64,000 nt of DNA, from sequence record NC_100371.1; one strand, given 5' to 3'. A program made the position numbers and the translations under genes. Below the pieces are notes generated by a model. That model made no database searches. It was not told the DNA's origin and was given only the letters and a program-made list of their open reading frames with translations. This DNA is from a phage. Shown piece after piece: positions 10,049-21,100 of the stretch (the stretch's first letter is position 1; every line of letters begins with the position of its first letter).

Positions 10049-10734
10049 TAACCCTCCTGTCTAGTTGCGTTTACTGTAATACTTTCACAATAAATGGTTG
10101 TAGTGTCCCAATCAAGTCTTACGTCAGGAACATATAACAAAGTAGCCAGCCCACCAACCCCGAACTGATTTTCTTCCCACACTGATCCAAAGCCGAGAGC
10201 TGTAGAGTCCCCTTCAAAACCAAAAGCTTGTCCTTGCGACTCCGTAAGACGCAAATGACAAGGCAATGGCAGCATATCTAAGATTTGGTCGATAGACTGC
10301 AATATGTCAAAGCAAGTTTTTCTAATGTTTATGTCAAACCTGAAATTGTCACCTTTCCACGTATCGAAATTATCTCTTCCGAACAACTGTCGTAAGGTGG
10401 AGATGACATCTTCGCGAGTACCACCTCTTGATGATGCTGCCTGCTGAATAATCAGCGTAGCACGAAAATCCGCGTCTGAAAGACCATTCCTAAGAATACC
10501 AAGTTGATTACCAACTTCGTCAAGGTATCTCCCGCTGGCATTGTTAAGCAATCTTCCTTCAGCCAAGCCTACCAGCATTTTATCAACATTCTCCAACCTT
10601 TTAAGGTACACGGTTAAGAATGTGACTAAATTAACCTTCTCAGCCAGAAAATCCCCAGAGAGGTAATCAAGACCTCCCTGAACAAAATCTGGCAGAGTGT
10701 GGATGTGGTTGACATCCGACTTAATCTCTGCCAT
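10048..10734 (-). CDS. hypothetical structural protein (228 aa)
   Basis: ORF with start overlapping stop of upstream gene (translational coupling) within tail module. Confidence 0.3.
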   Translation of the reverse strand: MAEIKSDVNHIHTLPDFVQGGLDYLSGDFLAEKVNLVTFLTVYLKRLENVDKMLVGLAEGRLLNNASGRYLDEVGNQLGILRNGLSDADFRATLIIQQAASSRGGTREDVISTLRQLFGRDNFDTWKGDNFRFDINIRKTCFDILQSIDQILDMLPLPCHLRLTESQGQAFGFEGDSTALGFGSVWEENQFGVGGLATLLYVPDVRLDWDTTTIYCESITVNATRQEG

Positions 10735-10745
10735 ATCTCACCGCC

Positions 10746-12236
10746 TTAAATAGTTTGTTGGAAAGTTATATTACTTTCGTCTAGATCAAACACCTCAGTC
10801 ATGTTTGCAACAATATCGTTTGTGGTGTAAGCTTCATCAGAGGCCCCCACAGGTTTGACTTGAATTACAAGTCTGTTAAATCTGCCTATTGACACAGCAG
10901 CCGATGCAGCACCAACCAATTGGATATTGTACAATGTATCTGCAACATCCAGTCCGTTAACAACCTGCAAAAGAGCCTCTACAATGGCATCTTTTTCGGT
11001 TGTAGAAAGCGCAGCACCTGAGTAGGTAATTCTTACATCTAGGCGGTAGGTATTTGCCTTGGAGTAATAAATCCTTTCAGTCTGACCGTCTGATGTGGTA
11101 ATATCGTAGAAGATATTCCCATAAGTTCTGTTTGTGCAAGCTATGGTTTGATACAGCGCCTGACAGATATCCTCTGTTGCACCACCAAACACCACCACTT
11201 GAAACTTATAAGGTGGTATACCTTTCGCATCCGTTTTATCGGTGTTGTTAGAGAACACTCTTACTTTCTCAACACCCTTCACCTCGCTTACAGCGCTAAG
11301 GATTGCAGGACGGGTAGCTTTAGATGTCAACTGTTTAGTGCTGGAAGCTCTTAGGCGATACTCAGAGTCTTTCTCAACATCCCTGCCCTCATTGAATCTT
11401 TCTCGGTTGGTAAGCTTGATAAATCCACTGGGAGTAGGTGACATTGTTGTCACGGTTTCTGCCTCTCTTGACAGCTCACCCGCCTCGTTAGCGATAACAT
11501 CTAGGGTGATAGTTCTTTCCCCTACAATCGGGGATACTCTGAAATCTACCCTGCTATTAAGTCCAACTTGATCAAGATTCGAATTGTACCCTATCCACAA
11601 CGTCCCTGTCAACATATCTATCTGAATTAAATCATCATTCAGCAGGGTTGTATTATCGACAATGAATTGCTTAATCTCGCCGTAAAAGCTTGGCAAATCA
11701 GAAGAGTCCAGAGCCTTATCTGTTAAAACCAGACTTTTTGTTTTGATACTTCCGTCTGTCTGGTTGGTAATTTGAAAGTTGTATTTCCCAATTCTTAGGT
11801 CTGGAGCGTTTATTCTGTGAGCAATAAGATTTCCCGCCACCTGCACATCGTTGCTAAGAACAAAGTTGCCACTGTCCAGCGTATAAGTTTTGGAATCATA
11901 AATCATATTGTACGGCACAGTTGTATTGATTGTCAACTGGCAGGTACCTGATGATTTAGAACGGCCTCTTCGGTAAATACCCTGTCTTCCAAGAAGCTCA
12001 TCCAGGTAAATACCTTCTGCCCCATATAGCGTCTGTGATGCGTATACAGATGCTGCCATAAGAATAAGTTGATATTCTCGCTCGTTGAAAATAGTGGTCA
12101 GCTTATCTGCAACTGAGTTACTTTGTACGTTGAAGTTTTCGCCAAAAGCACGGATCAGGCTTTGCTTAGTTTCAACGATTAGGTCATTTAGGGTTGGTAT
12201 AACGAAACCAGCCTCTGTCAATCCATACTTAGCCAC
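10746..12236 (-). CDS. hypothetical tail/fibre-associated protein (496 aa)
   Basis: ORF downstream of J-like gene; Thr/Ser/Asn-rich. Confidence 0.3.
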   Translation of the reverse strand: MAKYGLTEAGFVIPTLNDLIVETKQSLIRAFGENFNVQSNSVADKLTTIFNEREYQLILMAASVYASQTLYGAEGIYLDELLGRQGIYRRGRSKSSGTCQLTINTTVPYNMIYDSKTYTLDSGNFVLSNDVQVAGNLIAHRINAPDLRIGKYNFQITNQTDGSIKTKSLVLTDKALDSSDLPSFYGEIKQFIVDNTTLLNDDLIQIDMLTGTLWIGYNSNLDQVGLNSRVDFRVSPIVGERTITLDVIANEAGELSREAETVTTMSPTPSGFIKLTNRERFNEGRDVEKDSEYRLRASSTKQLTSKATRPAILSAVSEVKGVEKVRVFSNNTDKTDAKGIPPYKFQVVVFGGATEDICQALYQTIACTNRTYGNIFYDITTSDGQTERIYYSKANTYRLDVRITYSGAALSTTEKDAIVEALLQVVNGLDVADTLYNIQLVGAASAAVSIGRFNRLVIQVKPVGASDEAYTTNDIVANMTEVFDLDESNITFQQTI

Positions 12237-12305
12237 GTCACTCCTCCGGTATGAAAATCTCTACAAGGTATTTTACCAAATTTTGTAACAATAGTCAATC
12301 TGAGC

Positions 12306-12334
12306 ATAAAAATAAACCCCGCCGAAGCGGGGCT
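12306..12334 (-). terminator. intrinsic terminator (minus strand) after J-like gene
   Basis: CCCCGC-UUCG-GCGGGG hairpin followed by UUUAUUUUUAU on minus strand. Confidence 0.6.
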
Positions 12335-12341
12335 TTAAAGG

Positions 12342-15300
12342 TTAGTCGTGAGACTCGTTCCAAGGTCCCTGGAAGCTTGAGTTAGAACGACTAACGATCA
12401 CAGTGGGACAGGAGATTGTGACACCTGTCACGCTAGACGTTGACCACGGTGTGTAAATCTCGATAACAATGTCTATAGTTTGTTCACCCAGACCTGTTAT
12501 CCCTACCGCACACATGCCGTTGTTGTCGTTAAAATACTTCTTGCCAGCAAGGATCTGATGACCAGCTATCCATGCATTCAGCTGGGAGCTGGCAAGAGTA
12601 CCATTCAGTTTAAAGAAGAATGTTACGTTCTTACCCTGACCTGAAACGTTATCTACGTATCTCCACCTCCAACGGCAAACCCTTTGCTGGGAGTTATATA
12701 CTGGAGCACAATCTCCGTAAGTCCTGTGTGCAACGATTGCACCTTCGAACTGGTTAGCACGGATAACGGAAGCTTCTACACGTCCACGGAATGTACCTCC
12801 TGTTGCATCTATGGTCCCTCTAAAGCTACCGTTGTTGGCATAAACATCCCCACGGAAGGTACCACTGGTGGCGTTAACTGCCCCTGTGAAGTTACCTGCA
12901 CTAGCGTTAATGTTACCTTTCACCCACACATCCATAAACTGGGCGTGCCCGTTCTTGTTAATATACCAACCGTATTTGTGGTACCCATTGCCATCGTAGT
13001 TGTTTGACGAAATTTCTTGCGCGATCTTGGCAGAAGAGATCGTGCCGTTCTCTATAAAAGCGTCTTTCAAGAACGCTTGGTTGTTCTTGATTGCGAAAGC
13101 AAGGGTTGCTGTCCCATTGCCCGGGTTGTATACCGCAAAGTTGTTTGCGCTAACCATGAAATATGACTGAACTTGGCCTCCAGAGCCTTCCATGCCTAAC
13201 TGGATACCTGCCACATACTTATTCCCTGCGGAGTCTACCTGTATTTTTGTGCCCCATTGAGCATTTACTTTGCCCTCTAAGTCGGTCACAGCCTTAGATG
13301 TTGTAGCCACTGCAGCTCTGAGCTCTGACACATCCCCAACATCATCAATGATCTCCTGCTTAGCAACAGCAAGTTCTTGACGAATAGCTGACGCTGTGCC
13401 GTTAATAAGATCCACGGTTGCTTTGTTGGTATCGGAAATTGTAGCATCCAGAGCTGTCTTTGTGGAGGTCAGTTTACCATCTAAATCCTTAATCGCCTGT
13501 TTGTTGGTAGAAATCTCCCCACGTGCAGAGGTTATCTGCTCTGACAGTGCAGAGGTTTTCTGATTCAACAAATCGGTGGTGGCCTTGTTGGTATTGGCAA
13601 TCAAGGTATTGAGATCAGTTTTTGCGGTAGTTATCTTACCATCAAGGGTGGTATAGTTTTTAGATACCGTCGCGTTTGTCTGACTAATCTTTTGATCCAG
13701 GGTCTCAGAGGTCTTGTTCAAAAGATCCACTGTCGCTTTGTTGGTGCTCAGGATGCTTGCATCAAGTTCCGTTCTCTGGGTGTTGATCTTGCCATCCAGA
13801 GTTTTATCTCCGGCAAGGTATCCGCTCTCCACACCATCTATTTGTTCTACCAACTCCCCTTTGGCTGCAACCAATTTCTCGTCTAAAGCCTCTGTCTTTT
13901 TGTTCAGAAGATCAGTGGTTGCTTTATTGGTTGTCTCGATCAGGGATGCCAGTCTTCCACTTTCAGTGTTCAGATCGTTGGTGAACTTGTTCTGTGCAGC
14001 AACAAGTTTCCTATCCAGAGCTGTGATATTTCCATTGACATCCTCAAACTTCTGAGTTGTCTCTGTAACTACCGCACCTATCCTATCTCCAAGTTGTTGG
14101 AATGCCTCATCTACCCTTCCGTCCATGTACTTGTTAAGCTCTGTGACACGATTTTCAACCTCCTCGATAGAGGAATCTAAAGTGCTCATCAACTCTTTAT
14201 AAGTTTCTGTCTTTTTAAATTCAGCATCTATCTGAGGCATCAAATCTTCAATAGAGGTGTAGCAGCGTGCAGCGCATTCTACAAACTGAGAACTACCAAA
14301 AGCGTTTGTGGTTCGAATATACCAATAATAAATCTTATCGTTCTGCAGACCTTCAGATGTCCAAGTTGAACCAACACCCATACGGGTGGCTTTTGAAGTA
14401 ACGGTTGCATCACTTGTGTCCGGCAACCTTGTCATACCAGATGTCCAAAAATCATACTGGGTGCTTACACTTGCTAAGTCCCTGCTGTGCGGAATCAAGG
14501 TGATAGCAAAGTATCCCTGCTTAACTTCTACAGAAACAGGAGCTTCAGGTGCTTGAATGTTGAACTCGCAGTAGGCTTCTGGAGATACACCACCTTTATA
14601 AGATGTTGCAACCACGGTTGCTGTGTATGACCCTTTGGTCAATCCTTCTACGCGGACAAACTGCTCGACTGTTTGTGCTGTCCAAATAATCTCTCCGTTC
14701 TTTCTTACCTGCACAATATTTTGAGCATAAGTTCCAACGTTGTCCCAAGCCAAAACACCATGAGTTACTTCCCCAGCTTGAAGAACAGAGTATCTGAAGT
14801 TTTGCGGTTGAGCTACGCCGGACGGGGATATCGGAATATCCACATCTCCAGAATCCGGAAGTTGCCCTGTGGCATCATTCCACTCTTTAGCATCTTGACG
14901 GAGTTTTACCTTGACACCGCCCTTTTTGGTGAACTCCCATTCAAGAACCCTCATTTCTTGGCCCACTATACCAATACTTGGAAGGTCCATCGTAACGTAA
15001 CGCCCAGGCTTAAATTTAAAACCCCGCATATTGCAGGTTACTTCAATAATCCTGCCAGCTCTGGCACGTCTTAAGAATATTGCGGAAACACGCTGAGCCT
15101 GATAAGGACTGGTAACAAAACGATAATCTATATCAATTATCTTTCTTTCTCCGTCCTTCTCTACCCATTCAGGTACGAACACCGACGGGAAGTCTGTTTC
15201 AGAATACCCTTTGGTTGGACTGGTGAATCTTCCGGTTATTGTGTTTGATCTTTTGTCGAAGGAGGCTTCAGGATAGATCTTAACCTCACCGCAAACACAG

Positions 15301-16181
15301 TCCTCACTCAGTGTCATTGTTGCCGGGCCATAGTATGCACCTACCAGTAGACCATATTTGCCAGCCACATAGCTAAGGTCTGCACCACAAGCCTTCAGCA
15401 TCTCTGCCATAATACTTGCTGGTGCTTCGTCCATGTCGAACTCGCCATTAATGGTGTAACGGCGCTCACTGGTTCCGTCCGCGTTTTTTACAGCCTCGTC
15501 GCATATGTTGGCAGCTTCCTTGAAGGACTCCCAGTTGATGGTTTCGTCAGGACATTTAAGGTACGTTCTTAGATAGTCCAGAATCACCAAGGCAGCGTTA
15601 TTGGTATACATCTCTTTACTGATACGAGGATCATAACATTTTTTACCAACCTTGACAAGTGTAACGTTTGGCAACCCAAAAGGAAACTTGTTAGGGTCAA
15701 ACTTAAAGCTGGCACGTAGCCAACTGATACCTCTACCTATCATGTCTGGTGACCACGAAGGGCAGTGTGTTCCCATGAAAGGATCAGAGGTTTTCCTGTC
15801 GTTATGTAACTCCCACGATACCAAATCCCCATACGAGGAAATAGGATTACCGTCGATAAGTATATCTTCTATACCTTCCAAGGGATGATTGGCAAGAACA
15901 ATAGCACAATGAAGGGTTCTGTCCCTGTCCTGCTCCAAAAACGCAAGCAACCCAGATGTGCGTGTCTTCCCATACACTACAGAGCAAGGTGCAGCAGAAG
16001 ATCTGAGAAGTTTTTGTCTATCTTGCTGACTCCTGTAAGATTTGTTTCCTTCGAAAATCTTATCCAGGGTTCTGGTGGTAACAGTGTTCAGGCTGTCAGC
16101 CAGAGCTGCCTTGGATGCGTTCCAGTCATAGCTCGAAGATCTTGCAGAAGCAACGATGTTATCAATCATTGCAATTGGCAT
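12342..16181 (-). CDS. central tail fibre / host specificity protein, lambda J-like (1279 aa)
   Basis: Segments KQGYFAITLIPH, YYWYIRTTNAFGSSQFVE and VAGIQLGMEG...FMVSANNFAVYNPGNG resemble the fibronectin-type region and C-terminal part of lambda gpJ as I recall it; size fits. Confidence 0.55.
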   Translation of the reverse strand: MPIAMIDNIVASARSSSYDWNASKAALADSLNTVTTRTLDKIFEGNKSYRSQQDRQKLLRSSAAPCSVVYGKTRTSGLLAFLEQDRDRTLHCAIVLANHPLEGIEDILIDGNPISSYGDLVSWELHNDRKTSDPFMGTHCPSWSPDMIGRGISWLRASFKFDPNKFPFGLPNVTLVKVGKKCYDPRISKEMYTNNAALVILDYLRTYLKCPDETINWESFKEAANICDEAVKNADGTSERRYTINGEFDMDEAPASIMAEMLKACGADLSYVAGKYGLLVGAYYGPATMTLSEDCVCGEVKIYPEASFDKRSNTITGRFTSPTKGYSETDFPSVFVPEWVEKDGERKIIDIDYRFVTSPYQAQRVSAIFLRRARAGRIIEVTCNMRGFKFKPGRYVTMDLPSIGIVGQEMRVLEWEFTKKGGVKVKLRQDAKEWNDATGQLPDSGDVDIPISPSGVAQPQNFRYSVLQAGEVTHGVLAWDNVGTYAQNIVQVRKNGEIIWTAQTVEQFVRVEGLTKGSYTATVVATSYKGGVSPEAYCEFNIQAPEAPVSVEVKQGYFAITLIPHSRDLASVSTQYDFWTSGMTRLPDTSDATVTSKATRMGVGSTWTSEGLQNDKIYYWYIRTTNAFGSSQFVECAARCYTSIEDLMPQIDAEFKKTETYKELMSTLDSSIEEVENRVTELNKYMDGRVDEAFQQLGDRIGAVVTETTQKFEDVNGNITALDRKLVAAQNKFTNDLNTESGRLASLIETTNKATTDLLNKKTEALDEKLVAAKGELVEQIDGVESGYLAGDKTLDGKINTQRTELDASILSTNKATVDLLNKTSETLDQKISQTNATVSKNYTTLDGKITTAKTDLNTLIANTNKATTDLLNQKTSALSEQITSARGEISTNKQAIKDLDGKLTSTKTALDATISDTNKATVDLINGTASAIRQELAVAKQEIIDDVGDVSELRAAVATTSKAVTDLEGKVNAQWGTKIQVDSAGNKYVAGIQLGMEGSGGQVQSYFMVSANNFAVYNPGNGTATLAFAIKNNQAFLKDAFIENGTISSAKIAQEISSNNYDGNGYHKYGWYINKNGHAQFMDVWVKGNINASAGNFTGAVNATSGTFRGDVYANNGSFRGTIDATGGTFRGRVEASVIRANQFEGAIVAHRTYGDCAPVYNSQQRVCRWRWRYVDNVSGQGKNVTFFFKLNGTLASSQLNAWIAGHQILAGKKYFNDNNGMCAVGITGLGEQTIDIVIEIYTPWSTSSVTGVTISCPTVIVSRSNSSFQGPWNESHD

Positions 16182-16618
16182 TAATACCTCCAGACATCAA
16201 CAACGATAGAATCTTTCATGTCGAACATAAAGATCCCTTTATCACCTTTCGCCCAAATCTGGTTGTTCCAGAACACACCAGCGGTTAGCCCGTTCAGACC
16301 TTTGAAAATAACAATATCACCACGCTGAACCTGTTTAGGAGTATCCAGTCGAGTCAAAAAGAGATCAAAAATAGTAGGCAGGTGTGTGGTTTTGAAACGA
16401 AGCATGCACCATCTCTTGCTTTCCAACTCTGTTTTATATGTTCCTTCAAAGTTAGAAATAAAATCTGTTCCGTATTGGGCATCAACACACTTAGCCGCAA
16501 AGGTGCAGCAATCGTGGAATCCCCATTCAAACGGGACGGTGGCTTCTTCGTCAAACACTTTCCACAATCTTTCTTGCCAGTCTACTAAACGAGGGTGTGT
16601 GCTCATTAAACCTCCCAA
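16181..16618 (-). CDS. tail tip assembly protein (145 aa), possible Cys/His peptidase-like
   Basis: Start overlaps J-like gene start region; contains FHDCCTF; placement like lambda I/K. Confidence 0.3.
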   Translation of the reverse strand: MGGLMSTHPRLVDWQERLWKVFDEEATVPFEWGFHDCCTFAAKCVDAQYGTDFISNFEGTYKTELESKRWCMLRFKTTHLPTIFDLFLTRLDTPKQVQRGDIVIFKGLNGLTAGVFWNNQIWAKGDKGIFMFDMKDSIVVDVWRY

Positions 16619-17172
16619 ATGATCGGGCGGCTTGCCACCTGATCCACATATTTAAAAAATCTGTCATTATCGTTTCTTGAGCTATGGCTTTCCTCTGTGT
16701 ATCGATAAGGAAAACCTCTTAACCAGCTGTTGAAGATGGAAGAGATGGATATAGACAAAGCACTATTCTCCCCTGTCTGAATAGCCATGTCTGTTATAAG
16801 GCCGTCAAACAAGCCATTAGTTGTAACAGGTAAACCATTCTCCATAGCGGTGATATATAACGTGGCACGGCAACCAGAATACTCCGTCTTCAGCAGATCA
16901 CCTACATACTTGGGATCAAACCCGTTCAATGTTGCTACCACAGATCCGAAGTTGGTGGCATCTTTCTCAGACACAGCAGTCAATGTTGCTGATCCACCTA
17001 TTCCTATAAAATGTTGCCCCTCAATCACCACAACACCAGTGCCTGAGCACACCCTGACAGTTCCTGTTGGCAGCTCTAGCTTTGCAGCAATTAAGATCTC
17101 AACACTATCAAGCTCTAGCTTTTCAAGAAATAAATTATCTAATGGCGCTCTTATCATCTTAGAAATCCTCAA
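16606..17172 (-). CDS. tail tip protein (188 aa)
   Basis: ORF overlapping neighbours in an M-L-K-I-J-like run; no motif recognised. Confidence 0.3.
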   Translation of the reverse strand: MRISKMIRAPLDNLFLEKLELDSVEILIAAKLELPTGTVRVCSGTGVVVIEGQHFIGIGGSATLTAVSEKDATNFGSVVATLNGFDPKYVGDLLKTEYSGCRATLYITAMENGLPVTTNGLFDGLITDMAIQTGENSALSISISSIFNSWLRGFPYRYTEESHSSRNDNDRFFKYVDQVASRPIIWEV

Positions 17173-17749
17173 AGAAGTTGATAACTATATTGTCACCTTT
17201 CTGCATAGCATCAACCTTTTGCTTAATCTTATAGAGATCCCTGATATGAAATCTACCCTTCGGAGATTGAGTTATTATCTTCATAGTATCTCCTGCGGCA
17301 ATAGGTTTCCTAAGTCTTGGTGATATGTTTATAACAGCTGCCCCCACACCATCACTTCGCACTGAGGATGTTACAACTTTCAACTCATCATTGACAGATA
17401 TTTTATCCCCAGCCCTGACTATATCTCTGTTCGGTTCCCAACCAACCGTCTTCAAAAAATCGTCATTACCAGTTGGTCCTAGAGCGATTGGCTCATTGGA
17501 AGTAACTGAATGACCATAGGCCTTGATAAGAAAAATGTTTCCATCTTTGTAAACCTGATCAACAAAACTTTTAAGCTCCAATAGCTGGGACTCACTTATA
17601 TTGGAAACCGTCAAAGTTCCTTTCCAGTTGGGCGTGGCATAGGTTACTTTTTGCGTCTTACCTGTAAACGGGCTTTTAAACGTAACAATATCTGCCAGCA
17701 ACTCCAATCTAATATCTGGAAGATATCTAGGTCTTTCCCATAAAAACAT
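17159..17749 (-). CDS. minor tail protein (196 aa)
   Basis: ORF in tail-tip run; size resembles lambda gpL-class proteins; weak. Confidence 0.3.
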   Translation of the reverse strand: MFLWERPRYLPDIRLELLADIVTFKSPFTGKTQKVTYATPNWKGTLTVSNISESQLLELKSFVDQVYKDGNIFLIKAYGHSVTSNEPIALGPTGNDDFLKTVGWEPNRDIVRAGDKISVNDELKVVTSSVRSDGVGAAVINISPRLRKPIAAGDTMKIITQSPKGRFHIRDLYKIKQKVDAMQKGDNIVINFFEDF

Positions 17750-17810
17750 TATGCCTCCAGGTTAAACAATTATGATAGTTATTTTACCAGATTTTAAGTT
17801 AATACGCAAT

Positions 17811-17841
17811 ACAAACAAAAAGCCCTCGCCGAAGCGAGGGC
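17811..17841 (-). terminator. intrinsic terminator (minus strand)
   Basis: GCCCUCGC-UUCG-GCGAGGGC hairpin followed by UUUUUGUUUG on minus strand, just downstream of 17855..18187. Confidence 0.6.
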
Positions 17842-17854
17842 AATACTTTATACT

Positions 17855-18187
17855 TTAAAGTGCTTCCAAGGTAGATACTGATGGGTCGAACATGTTCAAC
17901 CTTATCGGATCTACAATTTTTCCGCTTTTAGAGATGATATTTTCTGCATCTTCGTCCAGAGCCAGAACGTTGACATAAAACAATTTACTTTTCTCGCAAA
18001 CTGGGTAGACAACCATGTTGCCAAACTCATCCTCGGCCTCATAAGTGTCTTCAGTTTCTGTGTAAATGAACCCGACAACCTCTACAAGAAGGGTGTTTTG
18101 CAACACCTCATTCTCGTAAAAGCCGATTTCGTCCATGAAACCGTTAAAATCCTCCCTACCAGTAAACCCAAGGGTAAAAGTATTCAT
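17855..18187 (-). CDS. minor tail protein (110 aa)
   Basis: Small acidic ORF overlapping stop of the 1479-aa gene; size like lambda gpM. Confidence 0.3.
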   Translation of the reverse strand: MNTFTLGFTGREDFNGFMDEIGFYENEVLQNTLLVEVVGFIYTETEDTYEAEDEFGNMVVYPVCEKSKLFYVNVLALDEDAENIISKSGKIVDPIRLNMFDPSVSTLEAL

Positions 18188-21100
18188 TATTCAACACTCT
18201 CCATCATAAGCTGGGTGTCGGTCAATGCAGAGTTCCAAACTCTTACATCTTTAATATGACCAAACAAATGTCTTTCACCTGTCGCCGTTTGACCTCCGAG
18301 ACGGATGAGAGCGCCTCCTGCCAGGAATTCCCAAGAAGATTGCGTTTCCGTACTCACCAATCCGTTAGCAAAAGAGCAGGTTTTACCGTCATCTTTTATC
18401 CTGAACCCAATTTTCAATTTACGTGTTTTAGCCATCTCATAGACACGTCTGTTTGAACCGCCAATATCACAATATGGATAACCATCTTCTGCAATATTTG
18501 CTGCAGAGCCAAATCCCATGATAAATGCAGCACCGTATTGGTGGCCCTCTGTATCAATAACTCTAGGAGCTGCGTTAGGAGCTTTTCCCCAACCTCTCCA
18601 GTTGGCATCCACCGTAGCGGCGATGGTGAACGGTCTAGGTGCTAAATTATCAGTCATTGGGAATTTACAAAGGTCTGCTGCCCTAGTCACTGGTGAAGAC
18701 CCTGTAGGGATAAACGAGGACTCACAAGATCCTAACTCGAACTGAGGTATTGCGACGTCAACCCAATCCCCTACGGCATGTTGAGAACCATCCGGTGGGG
18801 CAATCTGGAACTGGCACCCAATATTCATGTCAGAGTCCACTGCCTCAAACGTAGCAACAACTCTTATCCAAGCAGGTCCGGCTGTTTGCCATCTCTCAGC
18901 TTTTACTTTAATTCTCCCAGCTGCAACACCTGTTGTTTTAACTTCAAGTGTTGACAGGTTAACATAGGCATCACCTTGGAATACTGTGGTGGATCCGTTA
19001 TACATGTCAAATCTTACACGCAGTCTCTGGTGAGCTTTACCACCTCTTGCAATAATAGACCCAGTACAAAATTTCTCAGCACCTGTTACATCTGCACCAC
19101 GGGTGGCTGGAACTGTAGCCAGGTTTAACGCTGTTGTTTCTACACCGGATACGTTGCTTACTGTAAATCTTGCACCTTTTGTGCCGTTGGTGTTTGTTAC
19201 AGTGTTACCGACCGTAATCTGTGACTGGGCTCCCCATTTGCTCGGATCTTCACTGTTAAGCATCAGATTTGTCCTTTGACCTTCAATGAGCAGACCATCT
19301 CTTTCGAAACGTGGTTGGTTTGCCTGTGCAACAGCCATGACACCGCGCTTAGTGAAATAGGTTGCGGTAGAAGGTCTGGAGAAGATCATCTCCCCCTCAC
19401 CTAACACAGGTTTCAGGTTAGAGGTTAAAGGTAGCCACAGATCTGGCATAACTGGGGCAGTTGTACTTTCTGGGAAGCTAGTTCTCTTCCAAGGGCTCCA
19501 GTTCATTCCACTGCCAGTGTTATTATAATACCTTTCCCACGTTCCACCAAGATACATTTTATATATCTGGACACACCCTGTACCCTCGTTGGCAGAGTTT
19601 CTAAGCACGATAAGCGTACCAGCCATCTGCTGTCCTGGTGGGTAGTGTCTCTCCGCTGTGGCGTTGGCATTTGCCTCTTGATGGTAAATACCTTCGCGAT
19701 CCGCTTTGTAATCGTTAAGGTCGCTAGTTCCCAACCCTTGTCCACGGTGCTGAATAACTTTGTTCCACGCTCTGTGGTTACCCTGCTCTATGGAACGGGT
19801 GTACAGCTGATCTAAACGACCTGCCATCTGGAAAGCATAGTTTCCAGAAAATGCCACAGACAACCCACCAACAACCATTGAACCTTCAGGCCCGTTGACG
19901 TTGCCAGCCAGTATTTTGGACGGATTATTATTTCCGAACTGGTTGTTCCAGTCTGCACCTGTGTGGCATACAAAACCACCTGGGGCCGAGAAAGTACCGT
20001 CTTTGTTGAAATTGTAGAATCTGTGAGCTGTGCCAACAACATCGCGAACAATAACTTGACCCGCTTCTGGAGTAGATCTGAACTCTGCCTGACCTTTGAG
20101 ACCAGCACCATTGCCGCATTTAGAGGTAAATGTGCCGTTAGTCAGATCCTCTGTCCCATCTGATGCACACTGGAATCCTGCATTAGAGAATAACGCCTTT
20201 CTAGGACTGCTGTAGCACAAATAGTCAATACCGTCTGCCCATAGCTCGACTTTCGGCATGTTCATTTTGCTCATCACTGCATAGCGTTCAGCAGTGCCTA
20301 TATAGTGCCACTGTGTGCCGCCGCCAGTGTAGAACCCAGAAGTACCTTTGAAGTCAACAATAGGTCTGGTGTTTGTATTGTTATCTCCAAGAACAGCAAG
20401 ATTCAAGTCTGCCGACTGGAGAGGTGAAACGAACTTAACACCGTCCTGATTGTTTGTTACAGAGCCGACCTGATAATCTTGCTCTCTGGTAAACACTTCG
20501 ACAACATTTCTACTTGCGTATATGCTAACAGGGAAAGCACGAGCCTCTACATAGAAAGCAACATACTCTTGTTTACCCCTTGTTGGAGCAACCATCCCAA
20601 GAATTGCTTTTTCATTCTGGTAGAAATTTACTACCCCGTAGAAAGAGTCTCCTCTGTCTGTCCAACCACCAGTTCTATAGTGACACTGCAAGGTGGCGCA
20701 GTTCATAGGGTCACCGCCAGATGAAGATCTGGTAACTATGGTAATATCAGTGCCAGTTGCTGGAGCATAGTACGGATCTGTTCTGACGATGATCGGGTAG
20801 TATTTCCCATCTTCCATTCCTGCGGTTCTTGGCAGTGTTAAGAAGTCTTTTACACCTGCTGCTATAGGAACTTTGAACAGATTCTGAGCATCTGCTAAAG
20901 TTGTAGCCCCAGTGCCGCCTGCGGCTTGAGGTAAAGGTTCCCACTTGGCCTTCCGGTTGTTATACACACCCCATTCCAGAGTGCCGTTACCGGATTCATC
21001 CATCCCTCCATCCCAAACGACCATTTTTGCGGCTTTCTTGGATCCCCAGAACCCTCTTTCTGCTCCTGAACTACGGATCCATTCCCCAAGTCCCCAGTTT